Below the pieces are notes generated by a model, which worked only from the letters and a program-made list of their open reading frames with translations, did no database searches and had not been told where the DNA came from. The translations under genes and the position numbers were made by a program. DNA of 64,000 bases from Candidatus Kerfeldbacteria bacterium (GTDB taxonomy: Bacteria; Patescibacteriota; Patescibacteriia; UBA9570; XYC2-FULL-38-9). Positions 39,043 to 49,034 of this stretch are shown piece by piece. Positions within the stretch are counted from its first letter, which is position 1, and every line of letters starts with the position of its first letter. The stretch is from NCBI GenBank assembly GCA_043813585.1, contig JBDRKW010000020.1, forward strand, positions 265,034 through 329,033, given 5' to 3'.

Positions 39043-39745
39043 ATCCGTCTTCAGTAACCACGCCGCTTACCCGGTTGCCGTTAAAGAAAAAGGTCGGCGT
39101 ACCTGAGACTCCGGCCTGCAACCCGTCCTGAAAATCCGCCTTAACCTCATCTGTAGTGTCGCCCCTATCAAGGCAATTGTCAAATTGCGCCGTATTCAGC
39201 CCCACGTCGCCTGCAGCCTGTTTTAGGCTGGTGATATCAAGGGCACTAGGGTTTTGAAATAACCGGTCGTAGTACGGCCAAAACTGCCCCTGTTCATGGG
39301 CGCATTGTCCTGCTTCGTGAGCTTTCAACGATTCCGGATGCGCACTTTCCAACGGAAAATCCCTGAACACAAAACGAATATTATCCGGGTGGCGTGCCAG
39401 CATTGCGTTCACGTTAGCGTAGGCGCGCTGGCAATACGGGCATTGAAAATCCTCGAACGCCACAATTGTAATCGCAGCGTCATCCGGTCCGACAGACGGA
39501 TCATCCGCAAAATTATCGACAAACGCATTATCAATATCCTGCACCTCTGTCGTCTGCCCGCTTACCGCTGATACCTCGCCCTCTGAAGCAGCGTTGAAAT
39601 CAAACTCACCTTCCTGTATTTGATTGTATGTCGTATACACCATGCGCCCGAAATAGGCAGCGACAAGAATAACAAAAATGGCGCAAATGAGACCGATGGC
39701 TTTCCACCAACTTGACTTTTTCTGTTCCTGCGGTGATTCTTCCAT
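39002..39745 (-). CDS. Membrane-anchored DsbA/BdbD-like thiol-disulfide oxidoreductase
   Basis: Has an N-terminal TM helix. The thioredoxin fold carries the CPYC active site within FEDFQCPYCQRA. The C-terminal strand is GTPTFFFNG. Confidence 0.75.
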   Translation of the reverse strand: MEESPQEQKKSSWWKAIGLICAIFVILVAAYFGRMVYTTYNQIQEGEFDFNAASEGEVSAVSGQTTEVQDIDNAFVDNFADDPSVGPDDAAITIVAFEDFQCPYCQRAYANVNAMLARHPDNIRFVFRDFPLESAHPESLKAHEAGQCAHEQGQFWPYYDRLFQNPSALDITSLKQAAGDVGLNTAQFDNCLDRGDTTDEVKADFQDGLQAGVSGTPTFFFNGNRVSGVVTEDGFEEIITYLEERNN

Positions 39746-39781
39746 ACGCGCTAGTATTTTTCCTATTTTGGTTCAAACCGC

Positions 39782-40729
39782 TTAATGATTTCCAGATTGG
39801 ATGCTGGAAAGCCCATTTACATATTCAATCGCGGATAACGCCGCAATCACGCCCTGGCCGGTGGCAATCGCAATTTGCTTGAACGGCATATCTGTGACAT
39901 CGCCTGCAGCGTATAATCCCGCAATGTTGGTCTCCATCTTTGCACTCACCTGTATTCCGTTCCATTTGTCTTTGTTCACCTCATCTCCCGCCATGTCACT
40001 GTTAGGTATCCAGCCAATATGGATAAACGCACCGTCAGCCTCAATCATTTTTTCTTCACCCGACTCCTTGTCTTTATAGGTTAAGGATTTCATCAGCATC
40101 TCGCCTTCAATGCGCTGTGTTTCGCTGTTATAAATAATCGTGACCTTATCGTTTGAGTTCGCTTTATCAATAAGCACCTGGTCCCCTTTGAACTGGCCGT
40201 GGATATTAATAATAGTCACCGCATCTGCAATTTCAGCAAGCATGAGCGCTGACTCAAGAGCGGAGTTACCCCCGCCGATGGTGACGACCTTCTTATTCTT
40301 GAACAGCGGGCCATCGCACGTGGTGCAATAGCTGACGCCCTTGCCGCGGAACTCTTCCTCGCCGGGCACGCCAAGATGCCGCGGATGCACGCCGGTTGCA
40401 ATAATGACGGCCTTTGCCTCATACACAACATCCCCGCCGCTTTTTACAGCCATAACCGCAAATGACCCGTCCTGCTGTTTTTTCACCGTTTGCACCTCTA
40501 CGCCCGTTTCCGGTTCAATTTCATTAAACTTCAACTGATCCTGGAATTTTTCCACCAAATCCGTACCGGTCGTTTGCGAAAACCCCGGATAGTTCAATAC
40601 CTCGCCGGATAACGCTACCTCACCTCCTAAATCTTTCGATACCATGACAAAATCAAGCTTTCGCCGCGCTGCATATACTGCAGCTGCCGTTCCTGCTGCA
40701 GATCCACCGATAATGATCAAATCCTTCAT
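39782..40729 (-). CDS. trxB: Thioredoxin-disulfide reductase
   Basis: Has a GGSAAG FAD site. The redox-active site is CTTC within SYCTTCDGPLF. The NADPH site is GGGNSALE. Confidence 0.9.
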   Translation of the reverse strand: MKDLIIIGGSAAGTAAAVYAARRKLDFVMVSKDLGGEVALSGEVLNYPGFSQTTGTDLVEKFQDQLKFNEIEPETGVEVQTVKKQQDGSFAVMAVKSGGDVVYEAKAVIIATGVHPRHLGVPGEEEFRGKGVSYCTTCDGPLFKNKKVVTIGGGNSALESALMLAEIADAVTIINIHGQFKGDQVLIDKANSNDKVTIIYNSETQRIEGEMLMKSLTYKDKESGEEKMIEADGAFIHIGWIPNSDMAGDEVNKDKWNGIQVSAKMETNIAGLYAAGDVTDMPFKQIAIATGQGVIAALSAIEYVNGLSSIQSGNH

Positions 40730-40835
40730 AATTTCAATAAATAATGGTGCACATTCCTGACCATTCTACCACACGAAGAGACAACAGTAAAAAGATGGCC
40801 GATACACTCCTCGGTCTGCTAATATTAGCATAATT

Positions 40836-41546
40836 CTACTGATTTAACGCAGCATCGATCGCTTTTGGAAGCTCAACCGATACTGGCGCTCCTTCAACCT
40901 TTGTTCCATTGACGAAAAAGGTCGGTGTTGCATTGACTGAAAGATCGCGCGCCTCGCGAATATCTTCATTCACCAGGTCGGCTGCTTCATCCCCCGTCAC
41001 GCATGAATCAAATGCGGCCATATCAAGCCCGAGATCCTGCGCATACGCTGTAAAGGTGTCGAGCGCGTCATCAACGCTCATCGGCGACCATGTCGCCTGG
41101 TTCTCAAACAGCAAATCATGGTACTCCCAAAACGCGCCCTGCTTAAAGGCGCATTGCGCACCGACGGCCGCGTTGCTTGCATGCTCGTGCTGCGGCAGAG
41201 GAAAGTCGTTGTATTCGAAGCGGATCGCATCGCCATACCGTTCTATGATGTCTTTCACCACAGGCGCGACTCCTGCGCATGCCGGGCACTGGAATTCGCT
41301 GAACTCTTCAACGAGCACCGGTGCGTTATCCGGACCGTGAGAAGGATCGGCGCTCTCGGCGGTTACTGCTGAACTCTCCGGTCTGAATTCAAACCACACA
41401 ATCAGCCCGCCTGCAATGACAATAATAGCGGCCACCGTCCCCCATCGAACCAATGAATTTTTTTTATTTTCCTTGGCAAGCTGTTCGGCCTTTTCCTTGC
41501 GTTTTATTTCGCGCCGTTCGCGCTTTGTTAATCGAAGTTCTTCCAT
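40836..41546 (-). CDS. Second membrane-anchored DsbA/BdbD-like thiol-disulfide oxidoreductase; a paralogue of 39002..39745
   Basis: Has an N-terminal TM helix. Contains FSEFQCPACAGV and ends with TPTFFVNG. Confidence 0.75.
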   Translation of the reverse strand: MEELRLTKRERREIKRKEKAEQLAKENKKNSLVRWGTVAAIIVIAGGLIVWFEFRPESSAVTAESADPSHGPDNAPVLVEEFSEFQCPACAGVAPVVKDIIERYGDAIRFEYNDFPLPQHEHASNAAVGAQCAFKQGAFWEYHDLLFENQATWSPMSVDDALDTFTAYAQDLGLDMAAFDSCVTGDEAADLVNEDIREARDLSVNATPTFFVNGTKVEGAPVSVELPKAIDAALNQ

Positions 41547-41552
41547 TGATTA

Positions 41553-42542
41553 TCATTGATAAAGATCTTTGGCTTCATCAAGCGATATCTGCCTGATATC
41601 GGGTGCATGTCCTGCAGCCCCGAATTGTTCCATCCGCTCCTTAATGACCTCGCGCAATGCGTCGCGCGCCGGCCCCAAGTATGAACGCGGGTCAAATTCT
41701 TCCGGATGCTCCTTAAGAACTTTCCTGATCGCACCGGTTATTGCAATACGTCCATCCGTATCCACATTTATTTTCGACACGCCGTGCGGCAGTGTCTTCT
41801 GCAGCTCTCCGATGTCAACGCCTCTGGCATCGGGCATCCTGCCGCCATTATTATTCACAACGTCCACAAGCTCCTTCGGCACGGAAGACGAGCCATGCAT
41901 GACCAACGGCGTATGCGGCAGCTTCTCATGAATCTCCTGCAGCACATCGTGCGCAAGTTTGCACTCGCCTTTGAACTTGAACGCCCCGTGCGACGTTCCG
42001 ATGGCAATCGCCAATGAATCTACCGGAGCTTCCTCAATAAACGTTTTGGCCTGAGCCGGATCGGTTAAATGGATTTCGCCGGAACCGACCTCATCTTCTA
42101 TCCCGCCAAGCGTCCCGATCTCCGCCTCAACTGAAACGCCAAACGGGCGCGCGTACTCCAGCACCTCCTTTGTTACCTTCACATTGTCTTCGTAGCTCTG
42201 CGCAATCTTGCCGGTTTCATCCAGCGAACCGTCGATCATGACGGATGTAAAGCCGAGCTCTATCGCCTGCTTTACCGTTTCCAGGCTGTTGCCGTGGTCC
42301 AAATGCAGAACAACGGGAATCTCCGGATGCTCTTCAACTGCAGCCTGGACGATATTACGAAGATAAATCATGCGCGAATATTTCAGCGCCCCGCGGGATA
42401 CCTGGATGATCACAGGTGATTTCGTTTCGGCAGCCGCGTCGATAATCGCCTGAACCTGTTCCATGTTGTTTGCGTTAAACGCCCCGACAGCGTATCCATT
42501 TTTAAACGCGTGGTCGAGAACAATTTTACCTGGTACAAGCAT
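41553..42542 (-). CDS. fba: Class II fructose-bisphosphate aldolase
   Basis: Contains YAVGAFNANNMEQVQAIIDAA, PVVLHLDHG and VMHGSSSVP. Confidence 0.9.
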   Translation of the reverse strand: MLVPGKIVLDHAFKNGYAVGAFNANNMEQVQAIIDAAAETKSPVIIQVSRGALKYSRMIYLRNIVQAAVEEHPEIPVVLHLDHGNSLETVKQAIELGFTSVMIDGSLDETGKIAQSYEDNVKVTKEVLEYARPFGVSVEAEIGTLGGIEDEVGSGEIHLTDPAQAKTFIEEAPVDSLAIAIGTSHGAFKFKGECKLAHDVLQEIHEKLPHTPLVMHGSSSVPKELVDVVNNNGGRMPDARGVDIGELQKTLPHGVSKINVDTDGRIAITGAIRKVLKEHPEEFDPRSYLGPARDALREVIKERMEQFGAAGHAPDIRQISLDEAKDLYQ

Positions 42543-42574
42543 AATAAAAGTTTGCTAATTGTCTTATGAATGGT

Positions 42575-43549
42575 CTATTGGAAAATCGTGTCCAGCCGTT
42601 CGCGATCCAGCGCATGAATGGAATCAACAAACCGGTAGGTTCCTTCCTGCAGCGACATCACCAGCGTATGTGCGCGCGCTCCACCGCCGAAAAACCGGAC
42701 GCCTGTCAGCATATCGCCGTTCGTCACGCCCGTTGCTGCAAACAGAATATTCTTTCCGGGCGCAAGATCGTTAATGGTCAATACCTTTGTCGGGTCGCTG
42801 ATGCCGGCTGCTTTTAATCGCTTTTCGTCTTCATCATCGCGTACGACAAAGTTTGCCTGCATATGGCCTTTCAAACATTTTAACGCGGATGCAGCCAGCA
42901 CTCCCTCCGGTGCGGCGCCAACGCCCATGACCGCATGCACATTAGGCCCGTGAACAGTTGCCGCTATGGCCGGCATGATATCTCCGTCCTGGATCAGGCG
43001 AATGCGCGCGCCCGTTGCGCGGATCTCTTTGATGAGATCGTCATGGCGGTCGCGTTCCAGCACAACCACGACCAGCTCTTCGACAGTCCGGTCGAGCGCC
43101 TGTGCCAGCGCATGAAGGTTTTCCTTCACCGGCGCATTGATGTCCACTTTTCCTTCTGCTTCCGGGCTGACGATAAGTTTATTCATGTAGATGTCAGGGG
43201 CATGCAATAGGCCGCCTTTCTCCGCCATTGCCATTACTGCAACAGAATTATTTGCCCCAGCCGCGCATAGGTTCGTTCCTTCAAGCGGATCAACCGCAAT
43301 ATCAATTTCGGGCGCGCCTTTCTGTTTGGTACCGACTTTTTCGCCGATATAGAGCATCGGCGCCTCATCGCGTTCGCCCTCGCCGATAACGACCGTTCCG
43401 TTAATATCAAGCTGGTTCAGGCGTTCGCGCATGGCAACAACTGCCGCATCGTCCGCCTCATTTTTTTCGCCTTTGCCCATTAGTCGCGATGCTGCTATTG
43501 CCGCGTCCTCCACGATCCGGACCAAATCAAGCTCTAAAATTTTATGCAT
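42575..43549 (-). CDS. glpX: Class II fructose-1,6-bisphosphatase GlpX
   Basis: Contains VVIGEGERDEAPMLYIGEKVG, DIAVDPLEGT and the GlpX C-terminal region. Confidence 0.9.
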   Translation of the reverse strand: MHKILELDLVRIVEDAAIAASRLMGKGEKNEADDAAVVAMRERLNQLDINGTVVIGEGERDEAPMLYIGEKVGTKQKGAPEIDIAVDPLEGTNLCAAGANNSVAVMAMAEKGGLLHAPDIYMNKLIVSPEAEGKVDINAPVKENLHALAQALDRTVEELVVVVLERDRHDDLIKEIRATGARIRLIQDGDIMPAIAATVHGPNVHAVMGVGAAPEGVLAASALKCLKGHMQANFVVRDDEDEKRLKAAGISDPTKVLTINDLAPGKNILFAATGVTNGDMLTGVRFFGGGARAHTLVMSLQEGTYRFVDSIHALDRERLDTIFQ

Positions 43550-43615
43550 ACGTATCCAAATTTACTGCTTTTTTAGCATACAATAGTATACCATATTCAG
43601 TGCAGACCGGAACAT

Positions 43616-44473
43616 CTACCGCGGAAAACAGCTGAAATCAGACCCATTTGTCAAGCATGTTACCGGCCCGTCCTCATCAGTGCGAAATACTGCACTACCG
43701 AATGACTCCAGGCGCCGAACCACTTCTGCATGCGGATGGCCGAACGTGTTGTCTTTGCCAACAGAAATAAGCGTAATTTGACTGTTCATAATTTCCAACA
43801 ACCGCCTGCTAGTGCTCGTACGGCTGCCGTGATGGCCGGCTTTAAGTATGTCGACTTCAGCAATTTCATCGCCGAAGCGGCCAAGAACCTGCTCTTCTAT
43901 CTCGACCGGAGCATCACCCGTAAACAAGGCAGAAAAATCGCGGTAGCGAAGGAGGAAGACAACGCTGTCGTCATTGATATCAGGGTGGAAATTAGGCGGA
44001 TCGGGATGAAAAAACAGAAGATCAAGGCCCTCCTCCACATGAAGCAACCATCCCTGGTGCGCCTGCAGCACCTCTACGCCGTCCGATGCCCACGTTGCAA
44101 GCTCGTCTGAAAAATTCGTCCCGCTGGCAACGCCGCTTGTTATCAGCGTTTTAATCTCGTACGTATCAGGCAACTCGGTCAATCCGGCAATATGGTCTGC
44201 ATCCTCATGCGATGCAATCATCAGTTCGATCGTATGGTCGGTCGGCGGCATCACGCGGCCGAGCTCCGACACGACGCTTCGGTCCGGACCCCCGTCAACC
44301 ACAATATCCATCCCGCCCGGCGTCCTGATATGGAACGCGTCCCCCTGCCCGACATCCAGCATGTGAATTTCCAGTTGGTCGCTTGTGGCCGGAACCCATT
44401 GGCCGCGAACATACGCGACAAATGAAAGAACGAGCACAATAATGATGGTAACTGATGGTATCGAACGCTTCAT
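43616..44473 (-). CDS. comEC: ComEC C-terminal-type MBL-fold metallo-hydrolase encoded as a separate ORF with its own signal-anchor. The ORF track extends it to 44665; the start was chosen as the Met at 44473.
   Basis: The MBL domain reads HMLDVGQGDAFHI...HEDADHIAGL...AGHHGSRTST. An ATG at 44473 gives MKRSIPSVTIIIVLVLSF, a TM anchor. It overlaps the stop of the ComEC channel ORF in an ATGA. Confidence 0.7.
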   Translation of the reverse strand: MKRSIPSVTIIIVLVLSFVAYVRGQWVPATSDQLEIHMLDVGQGDAFHIRTPGGMDIVVDGGPDRSVVSELGRVMPPTDHTIELMIASHEDADHIAGLTELPDTYEIKTLITSGVASGTNFSDELATWASDGVEVLQAHQGWLLHVEEGLDLLFFHPDPPNFHPDINDDSVVFLLRYRDFSALFTGDAPVEIEEQVLGRFGDEIAEVDILKAGHHGSRTSTSRRLLEIMNSQITLISVGKDNTFGHPHAEVVRRLESFGSAVFRTDEDGPVTCLTNGSDFSCFPR

Positions 44474-45906
44474 CGCTCTGTTGCCAGTACGCGCACTGCG
44501 GCCAGCACAACAACACCCAGCGCGCCTATGAAGACCAGCGGACTGAATTGCGGGATACTCAATGATGCATTCGGAATCTCGGCCGCCCGTTGAACAACCC
44601 CAACCATGAGATGCAGGGAATAATACAGCGGGATGCCGGCGAGCGATGCGGCAGCCGGCCAGCATATCGCCGTTATCACAACAATGACAGCCATGGTTAA
44701 TACGATAGGCATCAGCGGGACAAGGATGATATTCAACGGCAGCGCTATCAATGAAAACTGATGGAACGAATACGCAATAACAGGAGCGGTTGCAATAATT
44801 GCACTCAAGGATGTTGCAGCAGCACCGCGCAGTCCAAGAACATTCGGAATGAAGCGGCAGTATCGCTCAAACCGCTTTGAAAAAACAATTATTCCCGCAG
44901 TTGCGCCAAACGACAGCTGAAAGCCGGCATCATAGAATAGCAACAGCGGGTTCAATGCCAGCATGCCCGTTGCAGCCAGCACAAGCAAACGCAGCGACTG
45001 ATTTCGCCGCCCGAACAATTCCGCAACCAGCACCGCGCTGCCAAACATCGCAGCCCTGATTGCAGATGATTGCATGCCGGAAGCGAAGACATACGCAATG
45101 AGAAATAAAATCACTGAAACGATGAGCCAACGTCGTCTGATTCGCATCTGCTTCAGAACTATCGCCGCCATCTGGGTGAGCAGCGATACATGCAATCCGG
45201 AAATGACCAATAAATGCGATGTGCCTGTTGCACGAAAGGCATCCATTATTTCAGCCGGAATTGCGCGCTTGTCCCCGAACAGTGCGCCAAGCACGATGGT
45301 CTGTTCCGGCGGTGCAACAACGTACTGAAACGATGATTTCAATCGCTGCTTCGCATCAAGAATAATTGTCGACAACGACGTTTCGCGGCCGGCAAGATGG
45401 ATACTGGGGCGGTAGCACTGCGCTGTAATGCCGTAACGCTCCAGGTATTTATCGTACCGAAAGCCGTCAAACGGCTCGGGCTGCTCAAGTTCACACGACA
45501 ACTTCACCATGTCGCCAACCCGGTAGCGCGGCTGCAATGATGCGGTTACCAGCACCAGACCGTCTACCGCGTCTGTTTGTACAACCAACCGTTGCGATGA
45601 AAGACGCAGCTCCGGTTCGCGGACGATTATACCGGCAGCCGATTCCACCCAGCCGAACGCTTCAGAATGCACTTGCTCCTGGCGCGCACCTCGCAGCATC
45701 CCTAGCGAACATGCCAATCCACATATTGCAAAAATACAAACAGTCGGCTGCCGCTTTCCCAACAGATAAACCGCAGCTGATACGGCCGCCGCGCCGACCA
45801 ATACATTGAACCGAACATCAAACATCTGACCAGCGCAGATTCCAACAATAAACCCGGCGCAGGCTAGCAGTAGCTTGTTCGATTTATGCAATTGCGAATG
45901 AAACAT
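44470..45906 (-). CDS. comEC: ComEC/Rec2 membrane channel part (DUF4131 plus competence domain)
   Basis: The ComEC core motif is DKRAIPAEIMDAFRATGTSHLLVISGLHVSLL, and the protein is polytopic. Confidence 0.8.
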   Translation of the reverse strand: MFHSQLHKSNKLLLACAGFIVGICAGQMFDVRFNVLVGAAAVSAAVYLLGKRQPTVCIFAICGLACSLGMLRGARQEQVHSEAFGWVESAAGIIVREPELRLSSQRLVVQTDAVDGLVLVTASLQPRYRVGDMVKLSCELEQPEPFDGFRYDKYLERYGITAQCYRPSIHLAGRETSLSTIILDAKQRLKSSFQYVVAPPEQTIVLGALFGDKRAIPAEIMDAFRATGTSHLLVISGLHVSLLTQMAAIVLKQMRIRRRWLIVSVILFLIAYVFASGMQSSAIRAAMFGSAVLVAELFGRRNQSLRLLVLAATGMLALNPLLLFYDAGFQLSFGATAGIIVFSKRFERYCRFIPNVLGLRGAAATSLSAIIATAPVIAYSFHQFSLIALPLNIILVPLMPIVLTMAVIVVITAICWPAAASLAGIPLYYSLHLMVGVVQRAAEIPNASLSIPQFSPLVFIGALGVVVLAAVRVLATER

Positions 45907-45908
45907 AA

Positions 45909-45935
45909 AACTCTCCCCAAGTCTGCGGGAGAGTT
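45909..45935 (-). terminator. Intrinsic terminator after glmS: a 9-bp stem AACTCTCCC/GGGAGAGTT followed by a T-rich tail
   Basis: The minus strand reads AACUCUCCCgcagacuugGGGAGAGUUUUAUGUUU. The T-rich tail overlaps the comEC ATG at 45906. Confidence 0.5.
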
Positions 45936-45977
45936 GTCATCTCTGCTATCGTATCAAAATAAAGCGCCTAACGCAAG

Positions 45978-47813
45978 CTATTCCACAGTTACAGACTTTG
46001 CCAGGTTCCTCGGCTGGTCCACATCGCACTTGCGCAATACCGCCGTATGGTAGGCCAGTAGCTGCAGAGGAATAATCGCGAGGATCGGCGTCAGCATCTC
46101 CAGCGTTTTCGGTATTGTAATAACGTCATCTGCAATATCATCGAATTCAGTTGTTCCTTCGGTTGTCAGCACAATAGCCTTTCCATTGCGCGCCCGCAGC
46201 TCCTGCAGATTCGAAAGGTTCTTTTCAAATACGGAATCCTTCGGCGCGATAAATACGGAATAAAACCGGTCGTCGATAAGCGCCAATGGCCCGTGCTTCA
46301 ACTCGCCCGACTGATACCCTTCTGCATGCACATACGAAATCTCCTTCATCTTTTGCGCGCCCTCTTTGGCTGTACCAAAGTTATATTTTCGTCCCAGATA
46401 AAATGCATGATCCAGCTTCTGGTATTTTTTTGCGATTTGAAGAATGTCGTCACTTTGTTCGAGTACTTTTTTTATTTTATTCGGCAGCGCCCATAATTCT
46501 TTGGCGATACGCTGTCCGGTAACGACCGACATGCCACGCTGCCGCCCGAGCGCTATTGTCAACAACGCGAACATATTCAGCATGCCGACATATGCCTTTG
46601 TCGATGCGACGGCGATCTCCGGACCCGCATGCACGTACGCACCGCTGTCAACCTCGCGTGCAATGGTTGAACCGACCACATTGACTATTCCGAACGTCAG
46701 CGCGCCATGGCGCTTTGCCTCTCGAAGTGATGCGATCGTGTCCGCGGTTTCGCCTGATTGCGATACAACAATAACCGCGGTCATATCATCTATGACGGGC
46801 TGCCGATACCGAAACTCCGAACCAACCTCCACCTCCACTGAAATCCCGGCATACTCCTCAAGCATATATTCACCGACAGTTGCGGCGTAGGACGCCGATC
46901 CGCAGGCAACAAGAATGATCCGTTTGATTTTCCGCCATTCTTTCTGTTTCTCGATAAATCCACCCAGGTGAGCTAAGCCCTCTTCCGGCAGCAGACGGCC
47001 GCGTAACCCATTTTTTATAACATCCGGCTGCTCCATGATCTCCTTCAGCATAAAATGCGGATAACCCTGTTTTTCCGCTTCGGCAATATCCCATTCAATG
47101 CGGTTCGCGGTCTTTGATACCTCTTTATTATCCAGAGTTTTTATTGAATATCCATCCGGCGTCACTGTTGCAATCTCCCCTTCATCCATGTAAATGACTT
47201 CCCGCGTATACGGAAGGATTGCTGTCACATCAGATGCGATAATGAATTCCCCTTCCCCGATGATTCCAAGAACGAGCGGACTCCCCAGCCGGGCTGCCAC
47301 GATCTTTTCCGGATCGCGGGATGACACTACTGCGATTCCATATGCGCCGACCACTTCCTTTAACGCGGCCTGCACCGCATCCTCGAGGCTGACGCCGTCC
47401 GGATGGTGCATCTCGATAAGATGGGCAAGCACTTCGGTATCTGTTTCAGTGGTAAAGGTATGGTTCTTCTTCTGCAATTTTTTCTTCAGCTCGGGATAAT
47501 TTTCAATTATGCCATTATGGACAATAAACACTTCATCGCGGCAATCTGAATGAGGATGGGCATTCACGTCGCTCGGCTCCCCGTGCGTCGCCCACCGGAT
47601 ATGTCCAATGCCAACAGAACCGGTCACGTCCTGGCTTTCCAGCGCCGATAATAAATTCGACAGCTTGCCCTGGCGCTTGCAGATTTTTACATTCTGATCC
47701 TCCAATATAGCAAGACCGGCAGAGTCATACCCACGGTATTCCATCCGCTTTAAACCCTCAAGAATAACGGGTTTCGCCTGTGATTTTCCCAAATATCCTA
47801 TTATTCCGCACAT
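45978..47813 (-). CDS. glmS: Glutamine--fructose-6-phosphate aminotransferase
   Basis: Starts with the catalytic Cys in MCGIIGY. The Ntn glutaminase domain is followed by two SIS domains. Confidence 0.95.
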   Translation of the reverse strand: MCGIIGYLGKSQAKPVILEGLKRMEYRGYDSAGLAILEDQNVKICKRQGKLSNLLSALESQDVTGSVGIGHIRWATHGEPSDVNAHPHSDCRDEVFIVHNGIIENYPELKKKLQKKNHTFTTETDTEVLAHLIEMHHPDGVSLEDAVQAALKEVVGAYGIAVVSSRDPEKIVAARLGSPLVLGIIGEGEFIIASDVTAILPYTREVIYMDEGEIATVTPDGYSIKTLDNKEVSKTANRIEWDIAEAEKQGYPHFMLKEIMEQPDVIKNGLRGRLLPEEGLAHLGGFIEKQKEWRKIKRIILVACGSASYAATVGEYMLEEYAGISVEVEVGSEFRYRQPVIDDMTAVIVVSQSGETADTIASLREAKRHGALTFGIVNVVGSTIAREVDSGAYVHAGPEIAVASTKAYVGMLNMFALLTIALGRQRGMSVVTGQRIAKELWALPNKIKKVLEQSDDILQIAKKYQKLDHAFYLGRKYNFGTAKEGAQKMKEISYVHAEGYQSGELKHGPLALIDDRFYSVFIAPKDSVFEKNLSNLQELRARNGKAIVLTTEGTTEFDDIADDVITIPKTLEMLTPILAIIPLQLLAYHTAVLRKCDVDQPRNLAKSVTVE

Positions 47814-47834
47814 AGGATTTGAATTATACGTATT

Positions 47835-48956
47835 TTAATCGTCGTTGGCAATGCCATCTTTCTTCCTTTCACCCTGCTTCCAGCGCAGGTATGCTTCCAT
47901 AAAACCTTCCAAATCGCCATCCAGTACAGCATCCGGATTCTTCACCTCATGCTTCGTCCGGTGGTCTTTGACCATCTTGTACGGATGCAGCACATACGAG
48001 CGGATCTGGCTCCCCCATTCTGCTGAAGAGTATTCGCCGCGCAGCTTCTTCCGCTCTTCTTCGCGCTCAGATTCATACAACTGGTGCAGCCGGCTTTTGA
48101 GAATATGCATGGCGTTCGCCTTGTTCTGCTGCTGTGACCGCTCGCTCTGGCATGTAACTGTTATGTTTGTCGGAATATGGACGATGCGCACCGCTGAATC
48201 GGTCGTGTTCACGCTCTGGCCGCCGTGGCCGCTTGCCCTGAACACGTCGATGCGAAGATCCTGCTCGTCTATGTCAAGCTCAACGTTTTCTCCCAAATCC
48301 GGTATGACTTCAACTAACGCAAAACTGGTATGACGCATCGCCTCCGCGTCAAAAGGAGAAATGCGCACGAGGCGGTGGACACCGTTCTCCGACTGGAGGT
48401 ATCCGTATGCATACCGGCCCTTCACATGTAGAGTCGCGCTCTTTATCCCCGCTTCAGAGCCTTTGGAAATTTCATGGATGGTGGCTTTCCAGCCGCGCCG
48501 TTCGCAAAACCGCAAATACATGCGCAGCAGCATCTCCGCCCAATCCTGGGAATCGGTGCCTCCGGCTCCGGCATGGATCGAAAGTATTGCATCTCTTGAA
48601 TCATGCTCTTCACTCAGCATTAGATAAAACTCCAATTCCTCAAACCGCTTCATCAGTTCTGCCGTTCGCGCATCGATGTCTTTCCTGACCGAAGCGTCCT
48701 TTTCTTGCTCTGCAATCGCGGATAACTCTATAAGGTCGTCAACCTCTTGCTGAATTACTTCCCACTGGCCGACTTCTTCCAGCAGCTCATTCAACTCCTG
48801 GGAACGCTCCTTCGCTTTTTCCTGATCCTTCCAAAAATCCGGCTCTGCTGTTTCGACTTCCAAATCCAAAATCCGCTGCTTCGACTCATCGAGCCGGAGC
48901 AGCTCCCAAGTTCTTTTGATCTTCTTTTTCAGTTGTTGTAAATCGATGGATGCCAT
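47835..48956 (-). CDS. prfB: Peptide chain release factor 2, encoded without a programmed +1 frameshift
   Basis: The SPF tripeptide is in RISPFDA and the GGQ motif in SGHGGQSVNT. The 373-aa ORF is contiguous. Confidence 0.9.
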   Translation of the reverse strand: MASIDLQQLKKKIKRTWELLRLDESKQRILDLEVETAEPDFWKDQEKAKERSQELNELLEEVGQWEVIQQEVDDLIELSAIAEQEKDASVRKDIDARTAELMKRFEELEFYLMLSEEHDSRDAILSIHAGAGGTDSQDWAEMLLRMYLRFCERRGWKATIHEISKGSEAGIKSATLHVKGRYAYGYLQSENGVHRLVRISPFDAEAMRHTSFALVEVIPDLGENVELDIDEQDLRIDVFRASGHGGQSVNTTDSAVRIVHIPTNITVTCQSERSQQQNKANAMHILKSRLHQLYESEREEERKKLRGEYSSAEWGSQIRSYVLHPYKMVKDHRTKHEVKNPDAVLDGDLEGFMEAYLRWKQGERKKDGIANDD

Positions 48957-49034
48957 ATATGCTATTCGTTAACAGAACCGCGCAAACCGATTACAAAAGT
49001 GGCAACAAATGCGATTGCTGCATTCTGCATGGTT

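Noticed and set aside
47835-48956. Programmed +1 frameshift in prfB
   Set aside because: The RF2 ORF is contiguous over 373 aa. No in-frame UGA or CUU-UGA shift site is present, which is the case in a minority of bacteria.
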